A DNA stretch of 64,000 nucleotides from Candidatus Hecatella orcuttiae. Its GTDB lineage: Archaea > Thermoproteota > Bathyarchaeia > Hecatellales > Hecatellaceae. Each line of letters starts with the position of its first letter. The first letter of the stretch is position 1. The DNA lies in the NCBI GenBank assembly GCA_002011035.2, contig MTLY02000002.1, positions 256,001-320,000 on the forward strand, given 5' to 3'. The notes under the pieces are model-generated. The model saw nothing but the letters and a program-made list of their open reading frames with translations, was not told the origin of the DNA and did not search any database. The position numbers were made by a program, and so were the translations under genes. This document shows positions 46,026 to 55,887 of the stretch, in pieces.

Positions 46026-48230
46026 TTGAGCAAGACTCTAGGCTGGCTGGCTTCCAGTTTCCTAGTCTTCACCTTCGGTTACACCTATCTTTTACCCCAG
46101 TCTTTCGAGATGCTGGCCGCTTGGTTGGCGCCTCTCCTAGGGCTGGGTTTGAGAACAACCCTGGTTAGCCTTTACCTTCTCTACGGAGACCCCTTCCGCG
46201 ACGTTTCCCTACTGGCCGCCTGGCTTTCCGCTGCCTTTGTAGGGGGGCTCATAGCCCGAAGAGGCCTGCGGGGAATAGGCGTCGCTGTTTCCACCTACTC
46301 CGCCATCCACGCCATCCTAGGCCTCAGCGTTTTAGCTGTTCTCCAAACCCTCCAACCCGCCTTGGAAGCGGGACCCGAAGGTCTGAGGCTGCCACCTGTG
46401 CCCCCCGGTTTCTCTTTCCCAGCTTTGTTCAACGCCCCCGTGGTCGGCCCGGGGCTTCGCTTAGCTTTGGACATGCTCGCGGCAACCCAGCCTTTCGACC
46501 CCAAGCTAATCTTGGAGGCTGTGGGTGAAATGGTGGTGGTAAACGCTGTGAAGGTCCTCGCATTGGCCTGCGTTGCTGGGTTGGCAGGCGGACTGCTGGG
46601 CGGCTTCCTAGCCAAAAAAGCCTCTGGCCGTGGCGGGTCGGAGGCCGCTGGCTTCCCTGCCTCCAAGGCGTTGGCGTTGATTCTACTTTTGACCTTGACG
46701 GCTTCAACCTCCCTCATTCCTTTGGGTTCAGCGCAGGCTTCTCCCTTCAAACTGGAGGCCTTGGGCGGGCTAATTTCTTCCGACGGCTCCGTGGCCGTGG
46801 CCTCCGCCCTGGTGGCTTCGGAGCTTAACCTAGGCGTTCAAACCCCGAACCCGCAGTTGGACGGTCTCATCCTAGCCATACTGCTCACCCAGTCGTTTCC
46901 CCCAGATAAGCTGCCTTCCCTGCCTTTAGAAGGACCTCTACCTCTCTCCGGCGGGTGGCAAAGCCTTTACGCCGCGGCGCCTCCGACTGTGCTCGTCGTT
47001 GTGGAGGAAGCTTTGGGGGAGGGCGGAGAAGCCGGGGCTGCCCCCGCGCTCAGCTCTCAGCTTTCCGCCTACTTCAACCTCCCTCTAACCTATTTGACCG
47101 CGGTTCCCTTGGATTGGGCAGACCGAGCCTATCGGGTCGCTGTCTACTGGAGCGAAGCCTCTTACACGGTTTCCGAGGAGAAACTAATGGGGGTTCTCGC
47201 CCAAAACCCAGAAGGCTTCGCCTCCTATGTTTACGATGTCTACCGAAACGGAACCTTCACCCCCGGCTCTCAGCCTTGGAGCGCCGACGGCAGCCTGGTT
47301 GCCGTGGGATTGGTCAACGCCCCCAAGGCCTTGCAGCTTCTAGAGGAAGGAGGCTTCCTCGGTCAGGCGGTGGTAGGTTTAACGTCGGAACAGGAGCCTT
47401 TAGGCAGTTTAATCCGCTCCTTCACCCAAGCTTCTCAGCCTGTTCCTTTCTTCTTTCACGTTTCCTTCTGGGAGCGCAGCCTTCATTCATCCCCCCAGCA
47501 GCACACTTTCAACCTCTTCAGCTTCCTGAGAAACTCCAAGCCTCCCACCGCCGCATCCGACTCCCATGCCTCTTTCTTCTTCATAGCCGCGCCCTCCGCC
47601 GTTGAGCCTGCCCCGGGTTGGCTGGTTTTGGAGGAGGGGGCGGTTTTGAAACTTCTCAGGCCGGGGGAGCCTCTCTCCGAAGCGACGGTGAGTTTCGAGC
47701 GAGTCTTCCCCGCCGACTTGAAGGTTTCAAAACAGGTGGAGCCGGTTTCCTTGGAAGAGGGAGACTTCGTCCAAGTTCGGATTGAAATCCGCAACGAGGG
47801 CTTAACTCCCGTCTTCAACCTTCAACTCGACGACTCTGAAGCCTTGGAAAACTACGGCTCCGCGGTCAGGCTGGTGGACGGCTCCCTGAAAGCGGAGTGG
47901 GCTCAGCTGGAGGGAGGCACCGCGGTGGTTCACACTTACACCCTGACCCTGCGAAACCTAGGCGTCTACACCTTCCAACCCGCGGAGGTAAGCTATGTTT
48001 ACCGGGGAGAAAACTTTGAAGCCGCCTCCAACGCAGCCTCCGTCGAGGTTGAACCGCCGGGGGTCTTCCAAGTCTGGGGAACAGGCATTCTCTTCTCTTG
48101 GAAATTAGCCGGGAAGACGATAGACGCTTTCCTACCCGGCTACGGAAGCATCCTCGCCACCCTAGCATCCGCCGCCGTCGCCGCGGCCATCGTCTACTCT
48201 GTCTTCCGCAGCTTTAGAAGGAAAAAATGA
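46026..48230 (+). CDS. Large multi-pass membrane protein with external domain and C-terminal Ig-like (DUF11/BatD-like) domain
   Basis: Several N-terminal TM helices, DLKVSKQV...V.V.IEIRNEG...YTFQPAEVSY, C-terminal TM plus basic tail. Confidence 0.7.
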   Translation: MSKTLGWLASSFLVFTFGYTYLLPQSFEMLAAWLAPLLGLGLRTTLVSLYLLYGDPFRDVSLLAAWLSAAFVGGLIARRGLRGIGVAVSTYSAIHAILGLSVLAVLQTLQPALEAGPEGLRLPPVPPGFSFPALFNAPVVGPGLRLALDMLAATQPFDPKLILEAVGEMVVVNAVKVLALACVAGLAGGLLGGFLAKKASGRGGSEAAGFPASKALALILLLTLTASTSLIPLGSAQASPFKLEALGGLISSDGSVAVASALVASELNLGVQTPNPQLDGLILAILLTQSFPPDKLPSLPLEGPLPLSGGWQSLYAAAPPTVLVVVEEALGEGGEAGAAPALSSQLSAYFNLPLTYLTAVPLDWADRAYRVAVYWSEASYTVSEEKLMGVLAQNPEGFASYVYDVYRNGTFTPGSQPWSADGSLVAVGLVNAPKALQLLEEGGFLGQAVVGLTSEQEPLGSLIRSFTQASQPVPFFFHVSFWERSLHSSPQQHTFNLFSFLRNSKPPTAASDSHASFFFIAAPSAVEPAPGWLVLEEGAVLKLLRPGEPLSEATVSFERVFPADLKVSKQVEPVSLEEGDFVQVRIEIRNEGLTPVFNLQLDDSEALENYGSAVRLVDGSLKAEWAQLEGGTAVVHTYTLTLRNLGVYTFQPAEVSYVYRGENFEAASNAASVEVEPPGVFQVWGTGILFSWKLAGKTIDAFLPGYGSILATLASAAVAAAIVYSVFRSFRRKK

Positions 48231-48257
48231 CGGCTCAAGGCTGATTTCCCCCCGACT

Positions 48258-49325
48258 TTAATGGGGAAGCTGGCCTGTTGCCTCAGTTTTCTCCTTGGTC
48301 CACTGGAAAAAGGCATAGACAGTGAGAGTTGCCCAGCCGCCTAGGCCGAAAAGAAAGATGGCTAGGTTCGCTGATGTCGCCCAGCTGTGGAAGGCTTGGC
48401 CGAAATGCTGGTAGCCAAGCCAGAGGAGGACGAGATGGTAGTTGTGAAACCAGTGGACCAGAATGGCGGCCGCCAGCCCATAGATAAGGTAGACGGCGGC
48501 GAAGACGAGGCCGAGGATGAAGGTTAAGCTGACTTTTCCAACCTCCCACTCCGAGCCTGAGAGAATGTGGGCTAGGGCAAAGACGGAGGCGGAGGCCAAA
48601 ACCATGAGCCACTCAGCTCTGCCTATGCCCTTCTGCCAGCCGTAGGCTTCCACATTCCTCAGCCCCACCCTCTTCTTGACGCCTTCAGGATAGAGAAAGG
48701 CGAGGAGCAGCAACCACAATCGGTGGGGAAAAGATGTTTGCCAAAATTTCCGCCATCCCTCCCACAAAACCAAAGCCGCCACCACAGCGCCCAGAGGAAC
48801 CAGCCTGAATCCTATTTCCTCGAAGACAGCGGCATAGGATGCGGAGAAGAACAGCAGGTAGGGGTTGGCTACCTCCAAGCCTCCCGTGGGGACTCCGTGG
48901 GCTTCCTGAATGCTTTCTATGAAATTTTCCGCCACCAGCAGCATGCTGGTCAAGATGGGAAACAGGTAGAGGTAGTTTTTGAAAGACCGGGTTAAGGGGT
49001 GGGAAAAACTGAGCTTCACCGCCTGGGGAAAGCTTAAGCCGGGGCCCTTCCACGCGACGATGAAGCAGAGGATGAAAACAATCCAGAGGGCTAAGAAAAC
49101 GAAGCCCACGGGAAGAGGGCTGGGAACCAGCACTTTGAAAAAGAGCAAGTCCACCTTAGGGACAACCCGCCGGGCAACGTCTAAACCGGCTGGGGTGAAG
49201 AAAAAGAGGAAGAACCCCAACCCCAAGGACCACAGGTAGGTGGAAAGATGGAAAAGAATCCCCGCTGCCACCGTTCCAGCGCAGAGTTTTTTCAGAAATC
49301 TTTCAGGATTGAAGCCTAAACCCAA
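48258..49325 (-). CDS. CPBP (CAAX/Abi) intramembrane metalloprotease
   Basis: EEIGFR, FALAH, HWFHN motifs. Confidence 0.88.
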   Translation of the reverse strand: MGLGFNPERFLKKLCAGTVAAGILFHLSTYLWSLGLGFFLFFFTPAGLDVARRVVPKVDLLFFKVLVPSPLPVGFVFLALWIVFILCFIVAWKGPGLSFPQAVKLSFSHPLTRSFKNYLYLFPILTSMLLVAENFIESIQEAHGVPTGGLEVANPYLLFFSASYAAVFEEIGFRLVPLGAVVAALVLWEGWRKFWQTSFPHRLWLLLLAFLYPEGVKKRVGLRNVEAYGWQKGIGRAEWLMVLASASVFALAHILSGSEWEVGKVSLTFILGLVFAAVYLIYGLAAAILVHWFHNYHLVLLWLGYQHFGQAFHSWATSANLAIFLFGLGGWATLTVYAFFQWTKEKTEATGQLPH

Positions 49326-49460
49326 GATGTTCCACCTAATCTTAGCGGAAAACCATTATAGGCATTTCGCTGTGAAATGAAAGATTTGAAAGAAGCCTCT
49401 TTAGGGCATCTTTCAGCCTTAGAAAAGTTTATTACCTAAAATCTCCATGAAACTCCAAAA

Positions 49461-49679
49461 TTGGCAGGTGAACTAAAAGTGGTTGAAGTCAAAGTTGACT
49501 GGAGCAAATGCAACGGCGACTCCATCTGCGTGGATGTTTGTCCGGTTTCGGTTTTTGAGATGCAAGATGTGGAAGGCTACGAAGGGAAAAAATCCGTTGT
49601 AGTCAACAACGACGCCTGCATCGTGTGCAGAGCCTGCGAGGTTCAATGCCCCACCCAAGCCATTGTGGTCACAGAATAA
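49461..49679 (+). CDS. Dicluster ferredoxin
   Basis: [12 protein letters not shown] and [12 protein letters not shown]. Confidence 0.92.
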   Translation: MAGELKVVEVKVDWSKCNGDSICVDVCPVSVFEMQDVEGYEGKKSVVVNNDACIVCRACEVQCPTQAIVVTE

Positions 49680-49824
49680 GCTGGGCTATCTTTTCCAAGA
49701 CAGCCCTCAAACCAGAGGTTGGGAGGAGGCTGAGGGAAACAGCTGGTTTTCCAGCTTTAAGGCAGGTTTCTCCGCCCTCTATCCCGCCTATTTTACATAA
49801 ACAATTTTAACCGGTTTTCTTGGG

Positions 49825-51285
49825 TTAAACCTGTTTGCGGCTTAGAATCTCCACGAATTTCTCCGCACCCTTCGGAGGCTTCGTCAGGAAGCTCACCGCG
49901 AGGAAGACTATTGAGCTGCAGAGGATCCCCCAAACTCCAGGCCAATGCCCAAGAGGAAAGGTGCGGGTAAAGTAGAGGAAGCCTACCACGGCGATTCCGG
50001 CTAGGATGCTGGACACAGCTCCCGCGGCTGTGGCCCTCTTCCAGAAGAACCCTCCTAAAACCGCGGGGACAAACTGTAGCAGGCCTGCGGAAGACATGAC
50101 TGAAAGCTCTACAAGTAATCCCGCGGGGCGAATGGAGAAAGCTACGATGACCGCTGCCATGATCAGAATGGTAGCTCGACCTACTCTCAAGCCTCCCAGC
50201 TCACTAGCTTTCGGCCTCAGACCCTTGTATAGGTCAACAGCTGTCATGGAGCTCAAGGACAGGAGAATGGAGTCCACTGTTGAAACCGCTGCGGCCAAGA
50301 TTCCCACCATGACCAGCAGGGCTAAGGGAGCGGGCACGAGGGTGAGAAGCGACGGCATGGCCAAATCCGGGTTAGCCAAATCGGGCAGCAGGATTTTAGC
50401 CGCCAACCCCAGCATGGTTACGATGATGGTGTAGGTGAAGCCGAAGACGAGGAAGCCTCTGAACATGTTCTTCAGGGACCAAACCGAGTTGGGGACGAAA
50501 AACCTCTGAACAACTTGGGGGTTGGTGATAGAGAAGAAAAACCAGGGGAGAGTCAAGCCTAGAAACTTGGGGAAGTTAAAAAACTTCCCGGGCCCCGGCA
50601 CCACCAGCAACTCAGGATGCTCTGTTTCGAGGGCGGAGAAGAAGCTTCCGAAGCCTCCTAGGCCTATCTGGATGACAAAGAAGAGGAGAATAAGGGCTAG
50701 GGTGATCATCATGGAAGCCTGCAAGGCATCCGTCCAAGCTACAGCCCTCATGCCACCCCACCAGGTGTAAGCGGCGATGACGAAGCCCATGAAGAGCACC
50801 CCGGCGATGAAAGGTATCTGACCGCCAGAGAGGGTGCTTATCAGGTAGGCGGGGCCGACCAACTGCACCGACATGTAGGGAACGAGGAAAACCAAGCAGG
50901 CGGCAGCCATCACCACCGCGGCGAATCTGTTCTCATACCGGTCCCCCAAAAACTGGGCGGGGGTTACGTAGCTTCTCAGCCTGCCGGCGGCGTAAAATCG
51001 AAGGCCCACCATCACCGCTACCATCAAACCCATGAGGTAGATGAGCTCAAAACCCAGAGCTCCTACGCCTCCCACGTAGGTGAACCCCACGAGGCCCACC
51101 ATCATGAAAGCGCTGTAGGTTGTGGCGCTGTAGGTGAGGGCGGAAACCGTGCCCCCCAGCCTCCTACCCGCTATGAAATACTCCTCTAGGCCTTTGCCCG
51201 TTCTCATGCGGCCGTAATGGGCGATGAGGAAACTGGCGGTGAAGAAAACGCCTATGGTGAGGTAAATCCACCCTGCGGAGACCAA
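49825..51285 (-). CDS. Sodium:solute symporter family protein
   Basis: EYFIAGR, SATTYSAF, GGMRAVAWTD, AAAVSTVDS; about 13 TM. Confidence 0.92.
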   Translation of the reverse strand: MVSAGWIYLTIGVFFTASFLIAHYGRMRTGKGLEEYFIAGRRLGGTVSALTYSATTYSAFMMVGLVGFTYVGGVGALGFELIYLMGLMVAVMVGLRFYAAGRLRSYVTPAQFLGDRYENRFAAVVMAAACLVFLVPYMSVQLVGPAYLISTLSGGQIPFIAGVLFMGFVIAAYTWWGGMRAVAWTDALQASMMITLALILLFFVIQIGLGGFGSFFSALETEHPELLVVPGPGKFFNFPKFLGLTLPWFFFSITNPQVVQRFFVPNSVWSLKNMFRGFLVFGFTYTIIVTMLGLAAKILLPDLANPDLAMPSLLTLVPAPLALLVMVGILAAAVSTVDSILLSLSSMTAVDLYKGLRPKASELGGLRVGRATILIMAAVIVAFSIRPAGLLVELSVMSSAGLLQFVPAVLGGFFWKRATAAGAVSSILAGIAVVGFLYFTRTFPLGHWPGVWGILCSSIVFLAVSFLTKPPKGAEKFVEILSRKQV

Positions 51286-51286
51286 G

Positions 51287-51478
51287 CTAATCTTCCCACC
51301 TTGAAATCAGAGAAAACATGGAGACTATGGCGACCAGCGCCAAAACCGCCCAGAACAAGTAGGCTCCGTAGATGCGGGGGAAATCCGCCAAAACCGTATA
51401 GGGTACAACGTAGGCCAAGGCTAAAAGGGCGACGAACCAGCCGAGCCACAGAAGCCGGGCTCCCGGCAAAGGGGTCAC
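51287..51478 (-). CDS. Small two-TM protein upstream of SSS transporter
   Basis: 63 aa hydrophobic ORF abutting the symporter start, typical SSS companion. Confidence 0.75.
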   Translation of the reverse strand: MTPLPGARLLWLGWFVALLALAYVVPYTVLADFPRIYGAYLFWAVLALVAIVSMFSLISRWED

Positions 51479-51563
51479 AACCTTTCAAAAGTATTTTCAT
51501 TACTAAAAGTGGAGCCAGATATTAAATATTTCGACATCCAAAATATAGGATGAGCTGAAGCCT

Positions 51564-52403
51564 ATGGCTGAAAAAATACTGCTAGGCCCCGCAGGAATCC
51601 CCACGGTAACCAAGCCTCGGTCTTCGGTGGAAGGTGTTAAAACCGTGGCCGGCCTAGGCCTCCAGGCCATAGAAATCCAGTTTGTGCGGGGAGTGAACAT
51701 GAGCCTTGAAGCGGCTGAAGAAGTGGGAAGAGTGGCGAAAAAATTAAACGTGGAACTCTCCATTCACGCTCCCTACTACATCAACCTCTGCTCTGAGAAG
51801 AAGAAGACCGTCGAAGAGTCCAAGCAGAGGATCCTCGACTCTGCTACTCGAGGAGAGAAGATGGGCGCACACATCGTGGTCATTCACCCCGGGTACTACG
51901 GTCAACTGACTTCGGAGAAAGCCTTCAAGATGGTGGAGGAAAGCTTTCAAGACCTCCTAGGCAGGCTGAGGGACGAAGGCGTCGGAAAGGTTAAACTCGG
52001 GCTTGAAACCATGGGGAAGCAAAGCCAGTTTGGAACCCTCGACGAAATCATCCAGCTATGCCGGGAAGTGGACTGCGTGCCCAACGTGGACTTTGCCCAC
52101 ATCTTCGCTAGGCAGGGGGGCAAGATAGACTACGGAGAAATCCTCGACCGGGTGGCTGAGCTGAAGCTGCCGCATCTCCACGTGCACTTTTCAGGAATAA
52201 ACTGGACTCCTGTTAAGGGAACGGATAAAGGCAACGAAAAAAACCACTTGGAGATAAAAGCCAACCAGCCTCCCTTCGAGCCTTTGGCAAGAGAAATTTT
52301 GAGGAGAAAAGTCAGCGCCACCATCATTTCCGAATCCCCCATTCTAGAACAGGACAGTTTAGCCATGAAGAGGATCTTTGAAAAACTCGGCTACAAGTTT
52401 TAA
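51564..52403 (+). CDS. Endonuclease IV-like TIM-barrel protein
   Basis: HAPYYINL, HPG, ETMG, DFAH, HFSG, SESP. Confidence 0.9.
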   Translation: MAEKILLGPAGIPTVTKPRSSVEGVKTVAGLGLQAIEIQFVRGVNMSLEAAEEVGRVAKKLNVELSIHAPYYINLCSEKKKTVEESKQRILDSATRGEKMGAHIVVIHPGYYGQLTSEKAFKMVEESFQDLLGRLRDEGVGKVKLGLETMGKQSQFGTLDEIIQLCREVDCVPNVDFAHIFARQGGKIDYGEILDRVAELKLPHLHVHFSGINWTPVKGTDKGNEKNHLEIKANQPPFEPLAREILRRKVSATIISESPILEQDSLAMKRIFEKLGYKF

Positions 52404-52441
52404 CCCAACGATTAAGACTGCTTTTTAAAGGAAACAAATTT

Positions 52442-53401
52442 ATGCGATTCCGAAGATCAGTCTTGGGGAACAGTGAACAAAAAGTGTACGACCTCGTTAT
52501 TGTGGGAAGCGGCTGCGCCGGGTTGACGGCGGCTCTCTACGCGGCCAGAGCTGGACTGAAGACCGTGGTTTTGGAGAAAGAGGTCATAGGAGGGCAGATT
52601 TCCCTCACGGCCACGGTGGAAAATTACCCCGGCTTCAAGGAAATCAGCGGCCCGGAGTTGATGAGGCTTTTCCAAGAGCAGGCTGAAGCGGCGGGAGCTG
52701 AAATTCAAACAGCGGAAGTTTCAGCCATAGAAGACCTAGGAGACAGGAAGCTGGTTAAGACAAGCTCAGGGGACCTTGAAGCCAGAGCCGTCATCATAGC
52801 CACCGGCTCCTCTCCTAGACAACTGGGCGTCAAAGGGGAAAAGGAGCTCATCGGGAAAGGGGTTGCCTTCTGCGCACTCTGCGACGGGCCTATTTTCACC
52901 GGCAAAGACGTGGCGGTGGTGGGAGGGGGAAACTCAGCCACGAAAGAAGCCATCTACTTGACCAAGATGGTGAACAAAGTGTATCTCATTCACCGAAGAG
53001 ATAAGTTGAGGGCTGAGAAGTCATGGCAGGAAAAAGCCTTCCGAAACGAGAAAATAGAATTCATCTTCGACACCGTGGTGGAAGAAGTAGTGGGAAGAGA
53101 CCGGCTGGAAAAACTCGTGCTCAAAAACCTTAAAACAGGGAAGCTTTCCGAGCTTCGCGTAGACGGTGTTTTCATCTACATCGGCCTGAAGCCCAACACG
53201 GATTTCGTCAACGTTAAGAAAAATCCGAATGGAACTATCCTAACCGACGAATGCATGCGAACCTCGGTTCCCGGAATCTTCGCAGCGGGAGACTGCAGAG
53301 ACAAGTGCATGCGGCAGATTGTAACTTGCGTAGGCGAAGGAGCCACCGCCGCTATCCAAGCTTACGAGTACGTAGAAGAACTGAGGGGAAAGAAAACCTG
53401 A
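52442..53401 (+). CDS. trxB: Thioredoxin reductase
   Basis: GSGCAGLTAA, ENYPG, CALCDG, GGGNSA, FAAGD. Confidence 0.93.
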   Translation: MRFRRSVLGNSEQKVYDLVIVGSGCAGLTAALYAARAGLKTVVLEKEVIGGQISLTATVENYPGFKEISGPELMRLFQEQAEAAGAEIQTAEVSAIEDLGDRKLVKTSSGDLEARAVIIATGSSPRQLGVKGEKELIGKGVAFCALCDGPIFTGKDVAVVGGGNSATKEAIYLTKMVNKVYLIHRRDKLRAEKSWQEKAFRNEKIEFIFDTVVEEVVGRDRLEKLVLKNLKTGKLSELRVDGVFIYIGLKPNTDFVNVKKNPNGTILTDECMRTSVPGIFAAGDCRDKCMRQIVTCVGEGATAAIQAYEYVEELRGKKT

Positions 53402-53420
53402 ACACCAACTTGAGCGAAGA

Positions 53421-54443
53421 CTACAGCTCCTGAGGTGAACTTTGAAGCGCCTTCCAAAGCTCATCTTGGAGAGGTGCGGGCAGTCTTCTTGCCAAGCCGT
53501 TTTTTCCCACCATTACTCTGACTTTGGGGTCTTTCAGAATCTTCCCTATGACAGCGGCTTCGGAGCCCTCGCGAGTAAGGCTTTCTACGATGTCATCCGT
53601 CCTCTGCGGCTCCGCTACTATGAGGAGCGCCCCAGAGCTCACCAGCCTCAGGGGATTGACGGCGAAGACCCGGCAGATTTCCCGGGTTTCAGGCCTGATG
53701 GGAATTTTGTCCTCGTAGACCCTGAACCCCGTCCCCGAGGCGTCAGCCAGCTCGTGGAGGCCTGCAGCTAGGCCTCCTTCTGTGGGGTCGTGCATGGCTT
53801 GAACTCCGCCCGTTTCGAAGGCGGTTAAGGCTTCTTGAACCACGCTGATTTCCCGGTAAAACTTCTCCGCCCTTTCCACGGTTTTCTTCCCCAGCCTTTC
53901 AACCAACAAACTTTTCCTGTCAGATGCTAGGATGGCGGTGCCTTCGATGCCCACTCCCTTGGTCAGAATTATCTTAGCTCCCGCCTTAGCATTCCTGCAA
54001 GCCGCATACCGGCCCCTCTCAGCCAAGCCTGCTGAAAAACCCACGACCAAGGGGTGGCTTAGGCCCGGAGTAACCTCGCTGTGGCCGCCTACCACAGCAA
54101 CCCCCAACCGGAGGGCGGCTGAGCCTATTTGGGCGGAGATTTCCTTCAAGGTTTTTTCTCCAGACCCCGGGGGAAGCATGATGCAGGAGAGAAGCCACTG
54201 AGGCCTGATCCCTCGCGTGGCTACATCGTTGCAGGCGATGTGAGCTGCCGCCCAGCCGATTTTTCTCACCGCGCCGCTGATGGGGTCACAGGATAGGGCT
54301 AGGAGGCTTCTCCCCGCCTTGACGATGGCGGCGTCCTCCCCTTTGGCAGGTCCGAGGACCACGTCGCCACGTTTTAAGCCTAAATATCGGAAGACCTGGG
54401 CCTTCAAAACCTTCGGGGGTGTTTTTCCCAACGGCAGCTTCAT
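53421..54443 (-). CDS. AIR synthase-related (PurM/HypE/ThiL superfamily) protein
   Basis: GEDAA, NDVAT.G, VGGHSE, MHDPTEGGL, SSGALL. Confidence 0.88.
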   Translation of the reverse strand: MKLPLGKTPPKVLKAQVFRYLGLKRGDVVLGPAKGEDAAIVKAGRSLLALSCDPISGAVRKIGWAAAHIACNDVATRGIRPQWLLSCIMLPPGSGEKTLKEISAQIGSAALRLGVAVVGGHSEVTPGLSHPLVVGFSAGLAERGRYAACRNAKAGAKIILTKGVGIEGTAILASDRKSLLVERLGKKTVERAEKFYREISVVQEALTAFETGGVQAMHDPTEGGLAAGLHELADASGTGFRVYEDKIPIRPETREICRVFAVNPLRLVSSGALLIVAEPQRTDDIVESLTREGSEAAVIGKILKDPKVRVMVGKNGLARRLPAPLQDELWKALQSSPQEL

Positions 54444-54451
54444 GCGCTATT

Positions 54452-55717
54452 TTAACCTCTAGCCTTCTCATCTGAAAACAGTCTGGTGGAGGGTTTGGAC
54501 TCCGACTCAGAAGGCTGAGAAATTAGCTCCACGACGGTGAAGCTTCCTGTGGAAAGCTCCGTTTCCCCCTGAAGACCCGGCTTAGCCGTCACGTTTTTCA
54601 GCCTGATCTGAACGCCCGGTGGAAACTTGGCCAAGATCTCCGCCTGCTTTCTCCAAGCGGAAACCCTGAGGACGCCGGTTTCATCCCTCAGCCTAAAGCT
54701 GGCCACCTGGGTTTGGGTTCCGTCCTTCAGGGTCACTTCCCTCACAGCCGGAGCGTCGACCATCACGCCTTCCACGGTGAGGTTCCTCATGCCGGGGTTG
54801 ATCCTGCCTAGGGGTGTAGGCTTGTCTTCCACTGGAGCGGCGGGTGTGGGTGTAGGCGTCAGCTTCAGGTAGGTGTTTCTGTTGACGTGGGCTTCCAGTT
54901 CACCCAGCCTGTTCTCCCGGGTTTTCCCCCTGATTACCTCTATTCTGTCTCCCACCCGGGCTTTTTCCACGGCCTCCACCCAGTCGTTCCATACTACGAG
55001 GTTTATCTCCCCGGAGTCATCCCTCAGCCTCAGCCGCATCACCGTCCCCTCCCCTCCGTCGCTTCTGAGAAATTTTCTGGCAGGGTAGGCCTGGATGATT
55101 TCCCCTGAGAGGTTGACTTCTTCCCCCGGTTTCTTCAGGCTTCGGATTTCTTGGAAAAACTCCCCGAGGGCGGGAACTTGGACTTCCCCGCCGACTTGGC
55201 TTGGGGGGATAAGCGCTATCCTTCCGCTGTCAGCCACATGGAGCTCGGTTTTTCCCGCGAGGGAGGTTCGGGTGTAGCCGTGTTCTATCTTCACAACGGC
55301 ATCGGGCTGGATTTTCAGCCGCTCCGCTTCTTCAGCCTTCTGATTCCACAGGTAAACCTCCAGCACTCCTGTCTTGTCCCCTAAAAGCAGCCTCTTGAGT
55401 TTTCCTTCCTGACCGTCCGGTCTCTTGAAGAGTTTTACCGGGTAGACTCCCAGAACCCTCCCTGTGAGGGATACGTCCCTCAAACCTGAGATGACATCTT
55501 CGATTTCAGTGTCAACAGCCAGACTGCTGTCCCAAAGAGAAACTCCAAGGTCTAGAGCCACGAGGAAAGCGGCACCTTCAGGGTTGAGGAGGCTTTTAGC
55601 TTCAGCCCTCTTACTTTCCACCATCTCCAGCAGTTTTTCTCTGGTCAAATCCGGCTTCTCAGCCATAATTTTGACGAGGATAGCTTCAAGCCTGCTGGAA
55701 GGCTGCGGCTCCGTCAT
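54452..55717 (-). CDS. Replication protein A-like ssDNA-binding protein (three OB folds)
   Basis: Repeated L.D.TG/SG....hW OB motifs. Confidence 0.88.
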   Translation of the reverse strand: MTEPQPSSRLEAILVKIMAEKPDLTREKLLEMVESKRAEAKSLLNPEGAAFLVALDLGVSLWDSSLAVDTEIEDVISGLRDVSLTGRVLGVYPVKLFKRPDGQEGKLKRLLLGDKTGVLEVYLWNQKAEEAERLKIQPDAVVKIEHGYTRTSLAGKTELHVADSGRIALIPPSQVGGEVQVPALGEFFQEIRSLKKPGEEVNLSGEIIQAYPARKFLRSDGGEGTVMRLRLRDDSGEINLVVWNDWVEAVEKARVGDRIEVIRGKTRENRLGELEAHVNRNTYLKLTPTPTPAAPVEDKPTPLGRINPGMRNLTVEGVMVDAPAVREVTLKDGTQTQVASFRLRDETGVLRVSAWRKQAEILAKFPPGVQIRLKNVTAKPGLQGETELSTGSFTVVELISQPSESESKPSTRLFSDEKARG

Positions 55718-55887
55718 TTTTTTCCAAGCCCTAAAGAGAAGAGCGGTGGGAGGCGGCTCTTCATCGATCCCTTCATGGTAAGCCGTTACCTAAAATAGAT
55801 TTTGCTCCAAGCGAACTCCCTCAATCTTTAAATAAAGGAGGCCTTCACAATTCTAACGGTTTTTGAGAGAGGTTCTGACCGTGGACG

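Noticed and set aside
53421-54443. AIR synthase-family gene as possible selD partner of yqeC
   Set aside because: Lacks the N-terminal Cys/Sec-x-x-Lys motif of SelD
55735-55765. Hairpin GAAGAGC...GCTCTTC upstream of the RPA-like gene, possible sRNA
   Set aside because: No complete C/D or H/ACA box set; a short stem could arise by chance
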